Below are positions 59,923 to 64,000 of a stretch of 64,000 nt of DNA, one piece after another. The position numbers and the translations under genes are program-made. Source of the stretch: an uncultured Acidobacteriaceae bacterium (GTDB lineage Bacteria > Acidobacteriota > Terriglobia > Terriglobales > Acidobacteriaceae); assembly GCA_963821165.1 (NCBI GenBank), contig CAWGCQ010000001.1, positions 732,427 to 796,426 on the forward strand, written 5' to 3'. The notes below the pieces were generated by a model, which saw only the letters and a list, made by a program, of their open reading frames with translations, was not told the DNA's origin and ran no database searches. Position 1 is the first letter of the stretch. The number at the start of each line of letters is the position of its first letter.

Positions 59923-60344
59923 GCCTTGGCGGCCTTGTTCTGCATGTAGTGCTGGACGGACTTTTCCCAGTCGAGCGAGGTGCCGGCGTAGGGTGAGCCC
60001 TGGCGGCGGGCGGAGCGGTTCTCGAGCGGGTTGTGGGGCGCGGCGGCGGCCTCGGGCTCAGGAAGCTTGGCTTCAACGGGGGCGGGGACGCCCTCGGGGC
60101 GGAAGGAGCGGGGAAGTTCGCTTTCCTTGTATTCGACACCTTCGGCGGCGAGGCGCTTGGCGATGATGACGAGAGCGTCGCGCTTGAGGGTGATCTTGCG
60201 AGCGGCAGCGGCGCGGGCGGCTTCGGTGGCGAAGACTTCGTACTTGAGCAGGTGCGCGAGGCGGCGATCGAAGAGGTCGATGTCGGCGTGAAGGGTCTTG
60301 AGGTGATACTTGCTTTCGATGGCGGTGGGGGTGGTGTCATACAC
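59919..60344 (-). CDS. Hypothetical protein
   Basis: 141 aa ORF with codon usage matching neighbouring genes; no motif recognised. Confidence 0.6.
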   Translation of the reverse strand: MYDTTPTAIESKYHLKTLHADIDLFDRRLAHLLKYEVFATEAARAAAARKITLKRDALVIIAKRLAAEGVEYKESELPRSFRPEGVPAPVEAKLPEPEAAAAPHNPLENRSARRQGSPYAGTSLDWEKSVQHYMQNKAAKA

Positions 60345-60484
60345 GCTCCGGAGTCAGTGACGACTCAAAACGTTAGCTATCTGCGGGATGGAATCGGTGC
60401 AGGCAGGTGTGGGGTGCGGCGGGTACTTGGGGAAGCGATGACACAGCGTTGCGCGGAGCGGGAGCCAGAAGGCAACGGGAGGGC

Positions 60485-60525
60485 AAAAAAAGCGCAAAGG
60501 GGTGGTTCTTAACGAACCGCCCCTT
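60485..60525 (-). terminator. Terminator of the cold-shock gene
   Basis: aaggggtggttc-ttaac-gaaccgcccctt stem with an A run on its left. Confidence 0.65.
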
Positions 60526-60544
60526 CGGCTTACTGCAAGATCAA

Positions 60545-60745
60545 TTAGAGAGCCTGAACGTTCTCAGCCTGCCAGCCCTTGGGTCCTTTGACCACGTTGA
60601 ACTGAACGCGCTGACCTTCCTGAAGCGAACGGAAGCCGTTGCTCTGGATGGCGGAGTGATGCACGAAGACGTCGTCGCCATTCTCGCGGCTGACAAATCC
60701 GAAGCCCTTGGCATCGTTAAACCATTTTACTGTTCCCTGTTCCAT
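60545..60745 (-). CDS. Cold-shock protein (CspA family)
   Basis: [32 protein letters not shown]. Confidence 0.97.
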   Translation of the reverse strand: MEQGTVKWFNDAKGFGFVSRENGDDVFVHHSAIQSNGFRSLQEGQRVQFNVVKGPKGWQAENVQAL

Positions 60746-61014
60746 TATTCTTGTTCCTCTTAAAGCAATGTACCGCTGAACGCAATGTTGGTGTTGTTTG
60801 CGTGTAGAGCGGTAGAGCCGGAACAAGCAAATTGACCAATCGTATTCGACGACCAGAAATAGTATACCATGTACCGCTCGCGAGCTGGGGATGGCCCGTC
60901 GGTGAGGCGCTGGCTGGTGGTTGAGGGCTTGAATCGATACACTGCCGTTACTACCTTCCGCTTGGCTTATTGTTGTAGCTTGTACCACCCAGCCTGTACT
61001 ACCGGAGCCTGCCC

Positions 61015-62254
61015 TTGGGACGATTTACCGGACTGCTCGGACTTGTTGTGTTTCTTTCGCTCGCTTATATCTTCTCGACCAACCGGCGGGCGATTCGGTG
61101 GAAGACGGTGGCATGGGGGCTGGGGCTGCAGATTCTGTTTGCCTTCGCGGTGATCAAGTGGAACTACGGGCAGATCATTCTGAGCAACGTCTCGGCGGTG
61201 ATTACGGGGCTGCTGGGGCACGCGGCGGATGGTTCGGGGCTGGTGTTTGGGTACCTGGGCATCCCTAGCAATCCGCTGAGCGTGTTTGCGTTTGCGGTGC
61301 TGCCAACGATTATTTTTGTGAGCGCGTTCTTCGCGATCCTGTATCACATTGGGCTGATGCAGCAGATCATTAAGGTCGTCGCGTGGCTGATGCAGCGGAC
61401 CATGGGGACGTCGGGTGCGGAGTCGACCAACGTGGCGGCGTCAATCTTCATGGGGCAGACAGAGGCTCCGCTGACGATTCGGCCGTTTCTTTCGGGCGCG
61501 ACGCGAAGTGAGCTGATGACGATCATGACGTCAGGGATGGCGCATGTGTCGGGTGGAATCATGGCGGCTTACATTTTGTTCGGAATCAACGCGAAGGATC
61601 TGTTTGTCGGCGGTAATCATGACGGCGCCGGGAACGATCCTGGTGGCGAAGATGCTGGTGCCGGAGACGGAGGTTCCAGCGACGGCGGGCACCGTGAAGA
61701 TGCCTCCGAGTGAGGAGCACAAGGACGAGAACTTTGTTGGCGCGATTGCGCGTGGGACGATCGACGGCGGGCAGCTGGCGTTCAATGTGGCGATTATGCT
61801 GATTGCGTTTGTGGCGCTGGTGGGGTTGTTCAATGCGATCATGCTGGCGATCTCGAACTTTGCATGGGCGCATGGACATATTCCCTTCCCGCATTCTCTG
61901 AACAATGTGCTGGGTGTGGTGGGAGCGCCGGTGGCCTGGCTGATCGGGATTCCGTGGCGTGAGTGCAAGGTGATCGGGAACCTGCTGGGGACGCGGACGA
62001 TCATCAATGAGTTTCTCGCGTTCAACCTGCTAGGCAAGCTGAAGGGTGTGCTGTCGCCGCGGACGTTTTCGATTGCGACGTTTGCGCTGTGCGGGTTCGC
62101 GAATGTTGGGTCGATCGGAATGCAGATTGGCGGGATTGGGGCGCTGGTGCCGAATCGGCGCAATGACCTGGCGCAGTTGGGCGTCCGGGCGATGCTGGCA
62201 GGAACGATGGCGAACTTGATGTCGGCCAGCATTGTGAGCATGCTGATTAAGTAG
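61015..62254 (+). CDS. NupC/CNT family nucleoside transporter, frameshift near 61600
   Basis: FVFG-like [32 protein letters not shown]. Confidence 0.94.
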
Positions 62255-62283
62255 GAAGATTTATGCAACTGCGAGGTTGAACC

Positions 62284-63138
62284 ATGCCTGACCATTACAC
62301 GCGCGCGTTTGCTGCTGCTGAGTACGTTCGCTCGATGCATCCGACAGAGCCGAGACTGGCAATCATTCTCGGATCGGGGCTGGGGAACTTTGCGACACAG
62401 GTGGAAGACGCAACGACGATTGAGTATGGAGAGATTCCGGGTTGGCCGGTCTCGACCGTGGAGGGTCACGACGGGAAGCTGGTGCTGGGGTCAATTGGCG
62501 GCGTGACGGTGGCGGTGATGCAGGGGCGCGTGCATGCGTATGAGGGCTACTCGATGAACGAGGTGACCTTTCCGATGCGGGTGCTGGGACTGCTGGGATG
62601 CACGGCGCTGATCGTGACGAATGCGGCGGGCGGAATTAATAAAAGCTATGGCGAAGGGACGCTGGTGGCTATTAGCGACCATATCAATTTGACTGGATCG
62701 AATGCAGCACTGGGGCGCAATGAGCCGCGATTTGGCTTGAAGAAGGGCACGGGGCAGAGATTTTTTGATATGACGGCGGCGTACTCGCCGAAGCTAAGGG
62801 CGTTGGCGCATGCGGAGGCAGAGCGGCAGAAGATTCCACTGCCGGAGGGCGTGTACCTGGCGGTGCTGGGGCCAAGCTATGAGACGCCGGCGGAGATTCG
62901 CGCGTTTCGGATACTGGGCGCGGACCTGGTGGGGATGAGCACGGTGCATGAGGTGATCGTGGCGCGGCATATGGGGATTGAGGTGCTGGGAATTTCGCTG
63001 GTGACGAACATGGCGGCAGGCGTGCTCGATCAGCCGATCAATCACGCTGAGGTGATGGAGACGGGGCGACGTGTGGAGGCGCAGTTTACGTCGTTGGTAA
63101 AGGCGCTGGTGCCGCAGGTGGCCGCGGCTACAGCGTAG
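62284..63138 (+). CDS. Purine-nucleoside phosphorylase (trimeric family)
   Basis: ILGSGLG, GH.G, QGRVH.YEG, TNAAGG, GPSYETPAE, VGMSTV.E. Confidence 0.95.
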   Translation: MPDHYTRAFAAAEYVRSMHPTEPRLAIILGSGLGNFATQVEDATTIEYGEIPGWPVSTVEGHDGKLVLGSIGGVTVAVMQGRVHAYEGYSMNEVTFPMRVLGLLGCTALIVTNAAGGINKSYGEGTLVAISDHINLTGSNAALGRNEPRFGLKKGTGQRFFDMTAAYSPKLRALAHAEAERQKIPLPEGVYLAVLGPSYETPAEIRAFRILGADLVGMSTVHEVIVARHMGIEVLGISLVTNMAAGVLDQPINHAEVMETGRRVEAQFTSLVKALVPQVAAATA

Positions 63139-63156
63139 TCAGCGGATCAGGAAGTT

Positions 63157-63188
63157 GGCGCCTGGAGCGGGTTGGAGGCTCCAGGCGC
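63157..63188. terminator. Hairpin between convergent PNP and lemA
   Basis: gcgcctggagc...gctccaggcgc stem. Confidence 0.55.
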
Positions 63189-63193
63189 TCGCC

Positions 63194-63778
63194 TTACTTG
63201 CTGAAGTCGACGGTCGGGGCGGTGGCGTTGGCAGGGTTGCCCTTGAAATATTCGTCGCGGTAGTGGAAGCCCGCCATGTTGGCCCAGATGCTGTTGGGGA
63301 ACTGGCGAATGAAGACGTTGTAGGCTTCGAGCGCCTTGTTGTAGCGCATGCGAGCGACGGAGATGCGGTTCTCGGTGCCGGCAAGCTCATCTTCGAGACG
63401 CATGAACTGATCGTTGCCCTTGAGATTGGGGTACTCCTCCTGAAGGCGATAGAGGGGGATCAGGGCGGCGTCGAGCTTGGTGTTGGCTTGAATGCTGCTG
63501 GCGCGATTGGACGAGGCCGCGAGGACGCCGGCACGGGCATTGGCGATGTTGGTGAGGACGGTTTCTTCTTCGGCGGTGTAGCCCTTGACGCTGGCGACGA
63601 GGTTGGGGATGAGGTCGAGGCGGCGCTGCTGCTGGATGTCTACCTGGGAGTAATTCTGATCGACGTCCTCATTGAGCTGCACCATCTGGTTCTTGGCGGA
63701 GACGTAACTTCCGAAGCTCAGGATGACGACCAGGACCAGAAGGCCGACGACTCCGAGCACAACCCAAAGAGCTTTCAT
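63194..63778 (-). CDS. lemA: LemA family protein
   Basis: N-terminal TM; QRR.DLIPNLV..VKGY, E.YPNLK, LAGTENRI.VAR.RYN, FP. Confidence 0.94.
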   Translation of the reverse strand: MKALWVVLGVVGLLVLVVILSFGSYVSAKNQMVQLNEDVDQNYSQVDIQQQRRLDLIPNLVASVKGYTAEEETVLTNIANARAGVLAASSNRASSIQANTKLDAALIPLYRLQEEYPNLKGNDQFMRLEDELAGTENRISVARMRYNKALEAYNVFIRQFPNSIWANMAGFHYRDEYFKGNPANATAPTVDFSK

Positions 63779-63843
63779 CGATGTATTCCCTTTCGCGTCT
63801 ATCGTAGTCATTTGCTCAAACCCTTTGTGACTCTGAGATCAAT

Positions 63844-64000
63844 TTACCAACTACCGCTGGCACCGCCGCCACCGGAACCACCGCCGAAGCCGCCGCCGAA
63901 GTCTCCACCCCCTCCGCCACTGCCTCCGCCAAAGCCACCTCCACCACCAAAGCCGCCTCCACGGCCGCCGCCACCGAAGCCTCCGCCCATCATGTTCCCC
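63844..64000 (-). CDS. C-terminus of a probable TPM-domain protein (truncated by window end)
   Basis: Gly-rich tail ...GDFGGGFGGGSGGGGASGSW-stop next to lemA. Confidence 0.75.
   Translation of the reverse strand, partial: GNMMGGGFGGGGRGGGFGGGGGFGGGSGGGGGDFGGGFGGGSGGGGASGSW

Noticed and set aside
60746-60988. N-terminal extension of the cold-shock protein (147 aa ORF)
   Set aside because: An AGGA RBS precedes the ATG at 60745, giving a normal 66 aa Csp; the upstream part is the typical long 5' UTR.

Overview
64 kb of a high-GC bacterial chromosome, most likely Acidobacteriaceae (inferred from gene content and repeat style; no marker gene here to confirm). The genes are almost all housekeeping: uvrA, mtnA, metG, tatD, yajQ, xseB, bshB1, lpxD, dcd, HU, priA, fbp, holA, lptE, ftsH, tilS, ispD, ispF, gltX, kdsD, proS, a class A PBP, a nucleoside salvage cluster and lemA. 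Many essential genes are split by single-base frameshifts, best explained as long-read indel errors. I found no rRNA, tRNA, CRISPR array, transposase, integrase or phage gene. The most unusual signal is non-coding. Two diverged ~540 bp inverted copies of a structured element (45702-46244 and 54471-55008) each carry an inward-facing extended -10 promoter, a hairpin, repeated TAACYC motifs and two G(5-7)AG(6-7) tracts. They sit at the switch from a strongly C-rich + strand (left) to a strongly G-rich + strand (right), independent of gene orientation. Most of the interval between them is unskewed, and the skew appears to weaken with distance. Heptamer arrays (CCCTRNN)n and REP-like hairpins follow the same polarity and have inserted in frame into PriA, TilS and the pyrimidine nucleoside phosphorylase. 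My working hypothesis is a DnaA-independent, transcription/R-loop-primed replication or strand-displacement origin; this is inference, not demonstrated.
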